In this document: positions 46,454 to 54,937 of the stretch, one piece after another
Position numbering within the stretch: position 1 is the first letter of the stretch
Layout: each line of letters begins with the position of its first letter
Assembly (NCBI GenBank): GCA_963757705.1
Contig: CAVWTG010000005.1
Location: forward strand, 9,149 to 73,148
Reading direction: 5' to 3'
From: an uncultured Actinomycetes bacterium
GTDB taxonomy: Bacteria > Actinomycetota > Thermoleophilia > Solirubrobacterales > Solirubrobacteraceae
DNA length: 64,000 nt
Notes under the pieces: model-generated
Databases searched by the model: none
The model's input: the letters and a program-made list of their open reading frames with translations, nothing else
Told to the model about the DNA's origin: nothing
Translations under genes and position numbers: made by a program

Positions 46454-47299
46454 CTACCGGGGCACCCACCGGTCGCGCCGGCGCGCGCGCGGCGACGAGC
46501 CGCGCCAGCGCCTCGGCCCGCGCAGGCGACGCCGCCGCTCGCGGGCCGCGTCCACCAGGTCCGGGGCGCCGGCCTCGTGGCCGAGGAAGGCCAGCAGCTG
46601 CGCCTGGCGGTGGACGTCGAGGCCGCTCGCGAGATCGGGGCCGGGAACCGAGTACAGGGAGCGCAGGTACCAGCTGCCGTGGCGGTAACGCCGCAGCGCC
46701 GCCCGCAGCCCGGCCAGGCCCGCGTCCGCCAGCGGGCCGGCCTCCGGCTCGCCGGCCGCGGCCAGGCTCCGCAGCGCCACCAGCGCCTCTCCCCACGCGC
46801 CGAGCGGGAGGGCCGGCCGCTCGGACGGGATGCCCTCGAAGGCCAGGCCGCCCTCGACCTCGCGGCGCAGCCCGCCGTCCTCCACGGCGATCTCGAAGGC
46901 CGGCAGCGCGCGGCGCGCCGTCTCGAGGTGGCGCTCCTCGCCCCCGGCCACGTGGGCGCGCAGAAGCGCCGAGACCGCCAGCCCCTGCCCCTCGGCCGAC
47001 GGCCAGCCGTAGCCCAGCGCGTAGGTCTCCAGCGGCGGGAACGTGTACCAGGCCACGCCCCGTCCCTCCGGGCCGCCCTGGGCGTTGCCATGCAGCCACT
47101 GGGCCAGCAGCGCCTGCTCGCGGCGCTCCCGGGCGCCCCCGCCCAGCTGCGCGATGCCCAGCGCCGCCCGCGCGACCGGGCCGACCGAGTTGCGGAACGG
47201 CCGCCCGTCCGGAAGGCGGTCGGCCCACCGCGTCCACGGCCGCGCGCGCAACGCGGCCCGCGCCTCGCGGCGGTAGTCGACCGGATGGACCGGCGCCAT
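46454..47299 (-). CDS. D-glucuronyl C5-epimerase C-terminal-domain-like protein (divergent)
   Basis: ATG 47299 overlaps the upstream stop (ATGA). Translation is MAPVHPVDYRR...YGWPSAEGQGLAVSALLRAHVAGGEERHLETARRALPAF...LGAWGEALVALRSL...RYRHGSWYLRSLYS...LDVHRQAQLLAFL. By my recollection of the family this parallels the animal Glce pattern GWISAMAQGQAIS...LNGF...YD...DYHTTHINQLQLL, but the Tyr-rich catalytic positions are not conserved. Confidence 0.45.
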   Translation of the reverse strand: MAPVHPVDYRREARAALRARPWTRWADRLPDGRPFRNSVGPVARAALGIAQLGGGARERREQALLAQWLHGNAQGGPEGRGVAWYTFPPLETYALGYGWPSAEGQGLAVSALLRAHVAGGEERHLETARRALPAFEIAVEDGGLRREVEGGLAFEGIPSERPALPLGAWGEALVALRSLAAAGEPEAGPLADAGLAGLRAALRRYRHGSWYLRSLYSVPGPDLASGLDVHRQAQLLAFLGHEAGAPDLVDAARERRRRLRGPRRWRGSSPRARRRDRWVPR

Positions 47300-48102
47300 C
47301 AGGCGCGGCCGGCGAGGCGGCGGGCCGCGTTGATCAGCGAGTTGCCCGAGGACGTGGCCATGCCGCGGCGCAGCCCCGGCGAGGTGCGCAGCCGGAACAC
47401 GAGATCGCTGTCGCCGCGGAACACCGGCGTGCGCGGCCAGCGCAGGGGCAGCGGGCGCTCGGGGTGGCGCACGGCGGCGCCCACCCGGTAGCCGGCCTCG
47501 CGCGCCGCCTCGGTGACGCGGTTGTCGACCTCCCCGTAGGGATAGGCGATGGACTCGCAGGGCCGCTCCAGGCGCTCCTCGAGAATCTGCTTGGAGCGCA
47601 CGAGCTCGTCGCGGAGGACGTCGTCGTCGAGCTGCGGGAGATGCGGGTGGGTGTGCGTGTGCGATCCCAGCTCCCAGCCGCACCGCGCCGCCTCGCGCAG
47701 GTGGTCCCACGTCATCGGGCGCAGCTCGTCCGCGTGCGGCGAGTGGGCGATCGCGTCCAGCCCGTCCCAGCGGGCGGGGACGTCGTTGTCGGGGAACGCG
47801 GTGGGCACGAAGACCGTGGCCGGGAAACCCGCCTCGTCGAGGATCGGCCGGGCGAGCTCCCAGACCGAGTGCTGGGCGTCGTCGAAGCTGAAGACCACCC
47901 ACCTCCCGGGGCCCGGGCCGGTGAGCGCGTCGGTGAACGTCGCGCCCCGGTAGCCACGGCGGCGCAGGGCCGCCGCGTGGCGCTCGAGCTGGTCGGGGCT
48001 GACCGCCAGCTCATGGTCCCAATCGCGGCTGACCGCGTGGTAGCAGAGGACGAGAATGTCCTCGGGCGAGTCCTGCCCACCCTCAGGAAAACCGTTGCGC
48101 AT
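47299..48102 (-). CDS. Polysaccharide deacetylase (NodB homology domain, CE4)
   Basis: ORF-track 267 aa: VVFSFDDAQHSVWELARPILDEAGFPATVFV...ELGSHTHTHPHL...IAYPYGE. Confidence 0.85.
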   Translation of the reverse strand: MRNGFPEGGQDSPEDILVLCYHAVSRDWDHELAVSPDQLERHAAALRRRGYRGATFTDALTGPGPGRWVVFSFDDAQHSVWELARPILDEAGFPATVFVPTAFPDNDVPARWDGLDAIAHSPHADELRPMTWDHLREAARCGWELGSHTHTHPHLPQLDDDVLRDELVRSKQILEERLERPCESIAYPYGEVDNRVTEAAREAGYRVGAAVRHPERPLPLRWPRTPVFRGDSDLVFRLRTSPGLRRGMATSSGNSLINAARRLAGRA

Positions 48103-48164
48103 GCCGAAAAAGATATGGGTCGCGCGGGCGGCCTATCATCTGAACCCCGAAAAAGAGAGACTTC

Positions 48165-48992
48165 ATGAGCCACATCCTGCACCTTGATCCCACGGATGTC
48201 CGCGAGAAGTTCGGGCGCGAGCCGTTCAAGCTGCGCCATGAGCTCGTGGACCATCCCATGACCTCGCTGGACGCGCTGGCCGAGCTGGCCGAGGAGGTCC
48301 CCCTCGACCTCGTCGAGCACAACGTGGGCGAGGTTCCGGAGATCGCCGACCCCGACGCCGTGGCCCAGGCGGACCTGCCGCCGGCCGAGATCGTGCGCGG
48401 GATCGAGACCAACGGCTGCTGGATCGTCATCCCGATTCACAGCTCCCCGCGCTACGAGACCTTCCTGAGCGACCTCATTGACGAGGTCCGCCCGCTGTTG
48501 CCCCCCTCGGAGGGCGAGATCCGCCACAGGCAGGGCGTCTTCCTCCTCAGCGCGCCCGGCAAGGTGACGCCGACCCACATCGACTCCGAGCAGGGCTTCC
48601 TGCTCCAGTTCAAGGGCGACAAGGAGATCCGGCTCGGGCAGTTCAGCGACCCCGGCACCCGCGAGCTGAGCATCGAGAGCGTCCACGGCGGCGGCCACCG
48701 CAACATCAACCAGAAGCCGGAGGACATGACGCCCTTCCACCTCGCCCCGGGCGAGGGCGTGCACGTGCCGGGCTTTTACCCGCACATGGTCCGCAACGGC
48801 GACGCGGTCTCCCTGTCGATCAACTTCGCCTTCCTCACGGACGCGACGATCCGCGACCAGACGGTCTACACGATGAATGCCCGCCTGCGGAAGCTGGGCC
48901 TCCGGCCCTCCCCTCCGGGCGTTCACCCGCGGGCCGACCGGCGCAAGGTCAGGATCGCCCGCACCGCGGCCAAGCTGACCTCGAAGCGCTGA
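48165..48992 (+). CDS. Cupin/JmjC-like putative Fe(II)/2-oxoglutarate oxygenase
   Basis: ORF-track 275 aa. A candidate HxD...H facial triad is formed by TPTHIDSEQGFLLQFKG and GEGVHVPGFYPHMV. Confidence 0.55.
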   Translation: MSHILHLDPTDVREKFGREPFKLRHELVDHPMTSLDALAELAEEVPLDLVEHNVGEVPEIADPDAVAQADLPPAEIVRGIETNGCWIVIPIHSSPRYETFLSDLIDEVRPLLPPSEGEIRHRQGVFLLSAPGKVTPTHIDSEQGFLLQFKGDKEIRLGQFSDPGTRELSIESVHGGGHRNINQKPEDMTPFHLAPGEGVHVPGFYPHMVRNGDAVSLSINFAFLTDATIRDQTVYTMNARLRKLGLRPSPPGVHPRADRRKVRIARTAAKLTSKR

Positions 48993-49005
48993 TCACCGAA
49001 TCCTC

Positions 49006-50115
49006 GTGGCCGGCTCGCGCCCCGGGCGGCTGACCGCCGAGATAGTCGATCGCGGCGAGGCCCGGGAGTCGCTCGCGGCGCCCTGGCGCGAGCTGGCGGT
49101 GCGGGCGCTCAACCCGTTCGCGACGCCCGAATGGTCGGCTGCGTGGTCGGCCACCCATCCGCAGGAGCCACCGGTGGTGATCGCCTGCCGCCGAGACGAC
49201 GACTCGCTGGCCGGCGTGGTCGCCCTGTCCGCGGCCCCGGCCGGCCGGGGCCGCGTGGTCACGATGCCCGGCGACGCCATCGTCGATTGGTTCTCCCCCG
49301 CCTGCGCCCCCGAGGACGAGGCGGACGTGGCGCGCGCGGTGGCCGGGACCGTCGAGACACTGGTCGGCCCCGGCGGGACCTGGCGCCTGGACCGCTGCGT
49401 GAGCGGCGGCGGCTGGGACGAGGCCTTCGCCGGCGCGCTGCCCGGCGGCTGGCGGGCGCTGGGCTCGCCGCGCCCCGACGTCCTGGGCATCGTGGCGCTC
49501 GGCGAGGGCGAGGCCCTGTCGCGCAAGGCGCGCCAGGAGGCGCGGCGGACCAGGCGCAAGTTCGAGGCCGAGCAGGAGGGGCGCATCCGGATGTCGGAGG
49601 GCCCCGAGGAGGCCGCGCGGAACATGACCACGCTGCTTGACCTGCACGCCGCCCGCTGGGGCCCGGATTCCTACGACCCGGCAACGGCCGAGTTCCAGCG
49701 CCGCTTCGCCATGGCCGCGGCCGAGCAGGGCTGGCTGAGGCTGTGGGTGGCCGAGGCGCGCGACGGCGTGGCCGGAGTCCTGTGCAACTGGAGCCTGGGC
49801 ACGAGCACGTTCTCCTACCTGCAGGCCTTTCACCCTGACTACTCCCGCTACGGGATCGGAACCATCCTGCACGTGGACGCGACCACCCTGGCCCGCGAGG
49901 AGGGATGCACCGAGTACAACATCCTGCGCGGGGAGGAGCAGTTCAAGAGCAAGTTCGCCGTGAGCCTGCGCCGCGAGCTTCGCTCCTACGTCGTGGTGCG
50001 CTCGCTCAGCCGGGCCGGGATCGCCGCCCGCGGCGCCCTCGGCGCCCGGGCCGCCTGGCGGCGGCTGCCCGAGGGGCGGCGCGACCAGGCGCGGCGCCTC
50101 CTGCGCCGAAGCTGA
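49006..50115 (+). CDS. GNAT-fold CelD/BcsL-like (Acetyltransf_6) protein
   Basis: ORF-track 369 aa with a GTG start: LLDLHAARWGPDS...GVLCNWSLGTSTFSYLQAFHPDYSRYGIGTILHVDATTLAREEGCTEYNILRGEEQFKSKF. Confidence 0.65.
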   Translation: MAGSRPGRLTAEIVDRGEARESLAAPWRELAVRALNPFATPEWSAAWSATHPQEPPVVIACRRDDDSLAGVVALSAAPAGRGRVVTMPGDAIVDWFSPACAPEDEADVARAVAGTVETLVGPGGTWRLDRCVSGGGWDEAFAGALPGGWRALGSPRPDVLGIVALGEGEALSRKARQEARRTRRKFEAEQEGRIRMSEGPEEAARNMTTLLDLHAARWGPDSYDPATAEFQRRFAMAAAEQGWLRLWVAEARDGVAGVLCNWSLGTSTFSYLQAFHPDYSRYGIGTILHVDATTLAREEGCTEYNILRGEEQFKSKFAVSLRRELRSYVVVRSLSRAGIAARGALGARAAWRRLPEGRRDQARRLLRRS

Positions 50116-50116
50116 C

Positions 50117-51088
50117 CTACAGGGGCGCCAGCGGCGGGCTCATGGCCGGCGCGCGGCCGAGCCGGGCCCGCAGCGCGTAGGCCGCGTAGGCGGCGACGTC
50201 GCGGGCGACCCGCCGGGCCCCGGCCGGCCCGCGCAGGCCGATGCGCAGCGACTCCTTGGCCGCCTCCAGGCGCTCGTTGCGCCGCAGAGCCAGGAGCCAG
50301 CGCAGCTGCCAGCTGTCCGGGGTGACCGCGATCAGGCCCTCGCAGGACCACAGGCGCTGGAGCCAGTCCGCGTCGGTCGCGCGCAGCCCGCTCGTCAGGC
50401 TCGCGCCCCCGGTCCGGTAGGTGCTCAGGGGCTCGTCCACGAACACGGCATCGCTCACTCGCAGGACCCGCGCCCACAGGTCCATGTCGATCGCGCCGAG
50501 CACCCGAGGCGACGTGAGCCCCACGCGCTCCAGCGCCGAGCGGCGCAGCAGCACGTTCGTGGGCTCGCCGATCCAGTTGCTGAGGAACCCGTCGCGCAGC
50601 CAGCGGTCGAACAGCTCGCCTCCGGGGTTGAGCTCCGAGAGCTCACCGAAGCCGGCATGTGGGGCGCGGTTGGCGTTGGCCCACCACAGCGCCGGGCGCC
50701 CGGCCCCGGGCTCGATCTCGACGCGCCGGGGCGCGAAGGCCAGCCCGGCCGAGGGGTGGCGCTCGAGCGCGTCGGCCATCACCTCCAGGCAGCGGGGGTC
50801 GATCCGGTCGTCGGAGTGGACGATCTTGACCAGGCGTCCGCGCGAGAGCGTGATGGCGCGGTTGGTCGTGGCGGCCTGCCCGAGGTTGCGCGGGTTGCTC
50901 TCGGTCCGGATGCGCTCGTCGCGCAGCCCGCGCACGATCTCGAGGGTGCCGTCGCCGGAGGCGTCGTCGATCACGACGACCTCGAAATCGGGCTCGGTCT
51001 GGGCGAGCACCGACTCGAGCGTCTCGCCGATGTGGGACTCGGCCCGGTAGGCGGGGATGCACACGGACACGCGCGGGTTGTCGCCCAC
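50117..51088 (-). CDS. Glycosyltransferase family 2
   Basis: Only the last ~320 codons of track ORF 50117..52588 look real: VSVCIPAYRAESHIGETLESVLAQTEPDFEVVVIDDASGDGTLEIV...IVHSDDRIDP. The start is GTG 51088 or GTG 51070. Confidence 0.8.
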   Translation of the reverse strand: MGDNPRVSVCIPAYRAESHIGETLESVLAQTEPDFEVVVIDDASGDGTLEIVRGLRDERIRTESNPRNLGQAATTNRAITLSRGRLVKIVHSDDRIDPRCLEVMADALERHPSAGLAFAPRRVEIEPGAGRPALWWANANRAPHAGFGELSELNPGGELFDRWLRDGFLSNWIGEPTNVLLRRSALERVGLTSPRVLGAIDMDLWARVLRVSDAVFVDEPLSTYRTGGASLTSGLRATDADWLQRLWSCEGLIAVTPDSWQLRWLLALRRNERLEAAKESLRIGLRGPAGARRVARDVAAYAAYALRARLGRAPAMSPPLAPL

Positions 51089-51214
51089 CGGTCCGAGTAT
51101 CTTTGCCCGATCGCCCGCTCGCAAGCAGATGTCTCGGCTCGCGACGTCCTTGGCCGCCCGCGGTCGCTCCTCGAGCTTCCGGTCCACGAGGAGCCCTCCG
51201 TCGCCCGCCGCACG

Positions 51215-52450
51215 ATGGCCGCCGTCCGCCGGCGCTGGCTGCCGGCCCTCGTCTGCCTGCTGATCGTTCCCATCGGCGTGTTCGCCTGGGCCTCCCGCCG
51301 TGCGGACACCTACGACGCCACCGCGAGCCTGCTGTTCCGGGCCCCCGAGGCCCAGACGGGCGCGCTGAAGAACACCTTCTTCGCCGAGGCGCTGGACCGC
51401 AACCGCCGCGCCGCGACCAACCTGCAGCTCGTCTCGCTGCGCAACATCGCGGCCCGCGCGGCGCGCACCCTCGGCGGCGGCGCCACGGCCGACTCGGTCA
51501 CCGCCCACATGAAGGTCTCCGGAGAGCCCGCCTCGGACCTGATCTCGATCACCGGCAACTCGACGTCCCCCCAGGAGGCGGCGCGGATCGCCAACGCCGT
51601 GGCCGCCGGATACATCGGGTTCCGCCGCGACGCCAACCGCACGCGGATCGCCGAGGCCCAGGACCTGGTGCGCCGGCGAATCGCCTCGCTGACGCCGGAG
51701 GAGCTCGACTCCGCCCGCGGGCGCACGCTGCGCCGCCAGGCGGTCGAGCTTCAGAACGAGCAGTCGGTCGAGGAGGGTGACGCCGAGGTGGTCGAGAACG
51801 CCCAGGCCCCGACCGCACCGGCGAACACGAGCGCCAAGCGCTTCGCCGCCCTGGGCCTCCTCGGCGGGGCGGGCCTCGCCCTGCTCGTCGTGCTCGCGCT
51901 CGAGCGCCTCGACCGGCGCGTGCGCGATCCCGACGAGGCGGCCCAGGTGCTCGACCTGCCGGAGCTGGCGACGCTGCACAGCGCGGCGCCGAGCGACGCC
52001 CTGCGCGCGGGCAGCCTGGTGTGGGCCGAGCTCGCGCGCGTCGCCCGCCACGAACCGCCCCGCTTCATCGCGGTGACGGCGGCCCGAGGCGAGGCGCCCG
52101 CCCCGGCGCTGCTGCGCGGTCTGGTGGAGGCGGCCCGGCGCGACGGCATCGAGGCCGTGATCGCGGAGCCCTCGGACATGGCCGGCGAGATCCCGGCGGC
52201 GGCACAGCGCCTGGCGGGGCTGGGCGGCGACGGACGGGTCGTGCTCGCCCTCGCGCCCCCGCTGCTGGTGCTCGAGCTGGCCCGCCTGGACGCCGACGGC
52301 GTGTACGTGCTGGCCACCGCCCGGCCGGGCGAGACCCGCTACGCCTCCCTCGAGGAGCTGCGCCACTCGCTCATGTCCGTTCGCCGGCTCGCGCTCGGCC
52401 TGGTCGTCGTCACCGACCGCCGGCGCTGGGCGGCGCTGCGGGTGGGCTGA
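51215..52450 (+). CDS. Polysaccharide co-polymerase (Wzz/PCP) with degenerate, motif-less kinase-like C-terminal domain
   Basis: ATG 51215 gives MAAVRRRWLPALVCLLIVPIGVFAWA (TM1). A periplasmic-type helical region and TM2 (FAALGLLGGAGLALLVVLAL) follow. The C-terminal domain aligns with the Wzc paralog at 58341 but lacks the Walker A GKS/T motif, Walker A', Walker B and the Tyr cluster. Confidence 0.7.
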   Translation: MAAVRRRWLPALVCLLIVPIGVFAWASRRADTYDATASLLFRAPEAQTGALKNTFFAEALDRNRRAATNLQLVSLRNIAARAARTLGGGATADSVTAHMKVSGEPASDLISITGNSTSPQEAARIANAVAAGYIGFRRDANRTRIAEAQDLVRRRIASLTPEELDSARGRTLRRQAVELQNEQSVEEGDAEVVENAQAPTAPANTSAKRFAALGLLGGAGLALLVVLALERLDRRVRDPDEAAQVLDLPELATLHSAAPSDALRAGSLVWAELARVARHEPPRFIAVTAARGEAPAPALLRGLVEAARRDGIEAVIAEPSDMAGEIPAAAQRLAGLGGDGRVVLALAPPLLVLELARLDADGVYVLATARPGETRYASLEELRHSLMSVRRLALGLVVVTDRRRWAALRVG

Positions 52451-52460
52451 CGCGAGCACG

Positions 52461-53957
52461 GTGAGCACCCGCCTGGGCATCCGCGGGGCGGTCCGGGGAT
52501 TCGCCGCCCTGGCGGCGGCGACGGCGATCGGCCAGCTCATCGGCTTCTTCGCCCTGGCCATCGTGGCCCGGCGCGTGGGCCCGGACAACCTCGGCGACTA
52601 CGCCTTCGCCGGGGTCTTCACCTCCTACGTCCTCGTCGTCACCGATCTCGGCCTGTCGGTCTACGGCATCCGCGAGATCGCGCGCGCGCCCGAGCGCACC
52701 GACGACGTGGCCGGGCAGGTGATGGCGCTGCGGCTGCTGTCGTTCATCGTCGTCGCCGCGCTGGTGGTGCCGCTCTCCGCTCTCCTGGCGCCCAACGCCC
52801 ACGCCCGCACGCTCATCCTCATCCTGTCGGTGGGCTACGTCCCTCAGGTCCTCGGGCTCGACTGGGTCCTGCGCGCTCGCGGCGGCTTCACGGCCATGGC
52901 CGCGCTCACGCTGGCCGGCCAGGTGGCCTACGGCGCCCTGGTCCCGTTCCTCGTGGGCGACGGCTACTCCGGGACGCTCACGTATGCCTGGCTCAACGTC
53001 CTCGGCTTCGCCGTGACCTACCTCGGCGCCACGGCCATCGCCCTGCACCGCTACGGCCTGCCGGTGCTGCGGGCCGGGGCCCGCGAGATGTGGACTCGGG
53101 TGCGCGCCAGCGCGCCGCTGGGGATGACGTTCGTGCTCGGGCTGCTCTACACGGGCGTGAACACCCTGATCCTGGGCTACCTGGCCACGCCGGCCGACGT
53201 CGGCGCCTACGGGGTGGCGCTGCGGCTGCCGATCGCGCTCTCCCTGCTGTCGAGCGTGTGGATCAGCGCGTTCCTGCCTCATGCCTCCGAGCTGGGCGCC
53301 CGCGACCCGCGCGGCCTGCTCGACCAGCTCGGGCGGCTCGTCAGCCTCGCCGTGATCGTGGCGCTGCCCGTGGCGGTGATCAGCGCCGTGCTCGCGACCC
53401 CCCTGATGAAGGAGCTCTTCGGCCCCGAGTTCTCGGCCGCGGGCCCGCCGTTTCGCTGGCTCATGCTGTGGGGGGCGCTCGTCCTCGTGGCCACGAACTT
53501 CAACAACGCCCTCCTGGCCCTCGACCAGGAGAAGTGGCTGCTGCGCGGGACGGCCGCCGCGGCCGTGGTCACCGTCGCCGCCTCCCTGGCCCTCGTCCCG
53601 GCGTTCAAGACCGCGGGCGCCGGCTTCGGCGCGCTGCTGGGAGAGATCGCGCTGGTCATCTACTCGATCCACCGGCTCAACGTGCGCGCCGGGCGGGTCA
53701 AGCTGGAGCGCGGCCGGCTCCTGCGCGTCGTGCCCGTGGGCATCGTCACGGCCGGCGTCGCCCTGGCCATGCCGGACTCCGTTCCCGCGGTCGTGGCCGC
53801 GGCGATCGCCGGAGTGGTCTACGCCGCCGGGGCGCTGGCCGTGCGCGCCGTCTCGCCGCGGGAGATCCGCACGCTCCTGCGCCGCGAGGCCGAGGCTCAG
53901 CCCGAGGCCGTGGCCAGCACGTCCTCGATCCCGGGCAGCACCGCGCCGGGCGCGTAG
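52461..53957 (+). CDS. Wzx-like polysaccharide flippase (MOP superfamily)
   Basis: ORF-track 498 aa with a GTG start and about 12-14 hydrophobic spans: AIGQLIGFFALAIVARRVGPDNLGDYAFAGVFTSYVLVVTDLGLSVYGIREIA. Confidence 0.8.
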   Translation: MSTRLGIRGAVRGFAALAAATAIGQLIGFFALAIVARRVGPDNLGDYAFAGVFTSYVLVVTDLGLSVYGIREIARAPERTDDVAGQVMALRLLSFIVVAALVVPLSALLAPNAHARTLILILSVGYVPQVLGLDWVLRARGGFTAMAALTLAGQVAYGALVPFLVGDGYSGTLTYAWLNVLGFAVTYLGATAIALHRYGLPVLRAGAREMWTRVRASAPLGMTFVLGLLYTGVNTLILGYLATPADVGAYGVALRLPIALSLLSSVWISAFLPHASELGARDPRGLLDQLGRLVSLAVIVALPVAVISAVLATPLMKELFGPEFSAAGPPFRWLMLWGALVLVATNFNNALLALDQEKWLLRGTAAAAVVTVAASLALVPAFKTAGAGFGALLGEIALVIYSIHRLNVRAGRVKLERGRLLRVVPVGIVTAGVALAMPDSVPAVVAAAIAGVVYAAGALAVRAVSPREIRTLLRREAEAQPEAVASTSSIPGSTAPGA

Positions 53958-54937
53958 CGCCGGGCGATCTCCAGGCATTCCGCGGCCTCGGCCTCGTCGT
54001 GCGGGCGGCCGGCGACCTCCCGCAGCGCCTCGGCCAGGGCCGGCGCGTCGCGCGCGACGACACGGCTGAAGCGCGCCCCGGCCAGGATCTCGCGCGGGCC
54101 GAAGTCACAGTCGGCGGCCACGACCGGGGTGCGCGCGGCCAGGCTCTCGACGATCACGTTGCCGAAGGACTCGACCTGGGAGGAGCTCAGCAGGACGCGA
54201 TGGCGGCCGTAGGCCTCCACCAGGTTCGGGGTGAACCCGGCCAGGTCGACCTGCGCGCCGAGCCTCCGGGCCAGGGCGGCGACCTCGTCCTCCTGGGGGC
54301 CGGTGCCGTGGATCGTCAGCGGCACGCCGGCCGCGGCGGCCGCCTCGACGGCCAGCAGTGGCCCCTTCTCCGGGACCAGGCGCCCGACGAACAGCGCCCC
54401 CGCGCGTTCGCGCTCCCCCTCGGCGAACGCGGCGTCGGCCACCATGTTCGGAATCGTCGCCCAGCGTCGCGCCCGGACCCCCATCTCGGCGTAGCCGGCG
54501 GCCAGGCCACGGCCCGGAACCGAGACCGCCGCGGCCCGGCGGAAGGCCAGGCGGATGAGCCACTGGGGCATCCCGCCGCGCACGCGCGGGTCGTTCCAGT
54601 GAAAGCCGGGCACGTCGCCGACGACCAGTACCCACGGCCGCGTGACGCCCGAGAGCAGGCACAGCACCCCCGGGTAGGTCTGGAAGACGGCGAGCACGTC
54701 GCACTCGCTTGAGAAGCGCCGCACCGCCGCCGCGAGGCGCACGACATCGGTGCGCCGGCTCTTCCCCAGGCGCCGCACCGGCACGCCGGGCGGCAGCGGG
54801 TACTCGGCCGGCGGGGTGTGCAGGGAGAGCACCGAGACGTCGTGGCGCCCGGAGCCGGCCAGCGCCTCCGCCCACAGCGCGGCCTGGCGCTCGGCGCCTC
54901 CGCCGGCCAGCGACTCGGCGACGATCCCGACCCTCAG
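53897..54937 (-). CDS. Glycosyltransferase family 4 (start codon non-canonical or unresolved)
   Basis: This is the last 346 codons of track ORF 53897..55729: LRVGIVAESLAGGGAERQAALWAEAL...ALFVGRLVPEKGPLLAVEAA...LLSSSQVESFGNVIVESLAARTPVVAAD. The only start-like codon at the domain boundary is CTG 54937, which overlaps the upstream stop (CTGA). Confidence 0.7.
   Translation of the reverse strand: MRVGIVAESLAGGGAERQAALWAEALAGSGRHDVSVLSLHTPPAEYPLPPGVPVRRLGKSRRTDVVRLAAAVRRFSSECDVLAVFQTYPGVLCLLSGVTRPWVLVVGDVPGFHWNDPRVRGGMPQWLIRLAFRRAAAVSVPGRGLAAGYAEMGVRARRWATIPNMVADAAFAEGERERAGALFVGRLVPEKGPLLAVEAAAAAGVPLTIHGTGPQEDEVAALARRLGAQVDLAGFTPNLVEAYGRHRVLLSSSQVESFGNVIVESLAARTPVVAADCDFGPREILAGARFSRVVARDAPALAEALREVAGRPHDEAEAAECLEIARRYAPGAVLPGIEDVLATASG

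Noticed and set aside
51089-52588. Upstream about 500 codons of track ORF 50117..52588 (-)
   Set aside because: Only the last about 320 codons encode the GT2 domain. The upstream part is antisense to the PCP gene (51215-52450) and reads as low-complexity sequence. The ORF is long only because no stop occurs.
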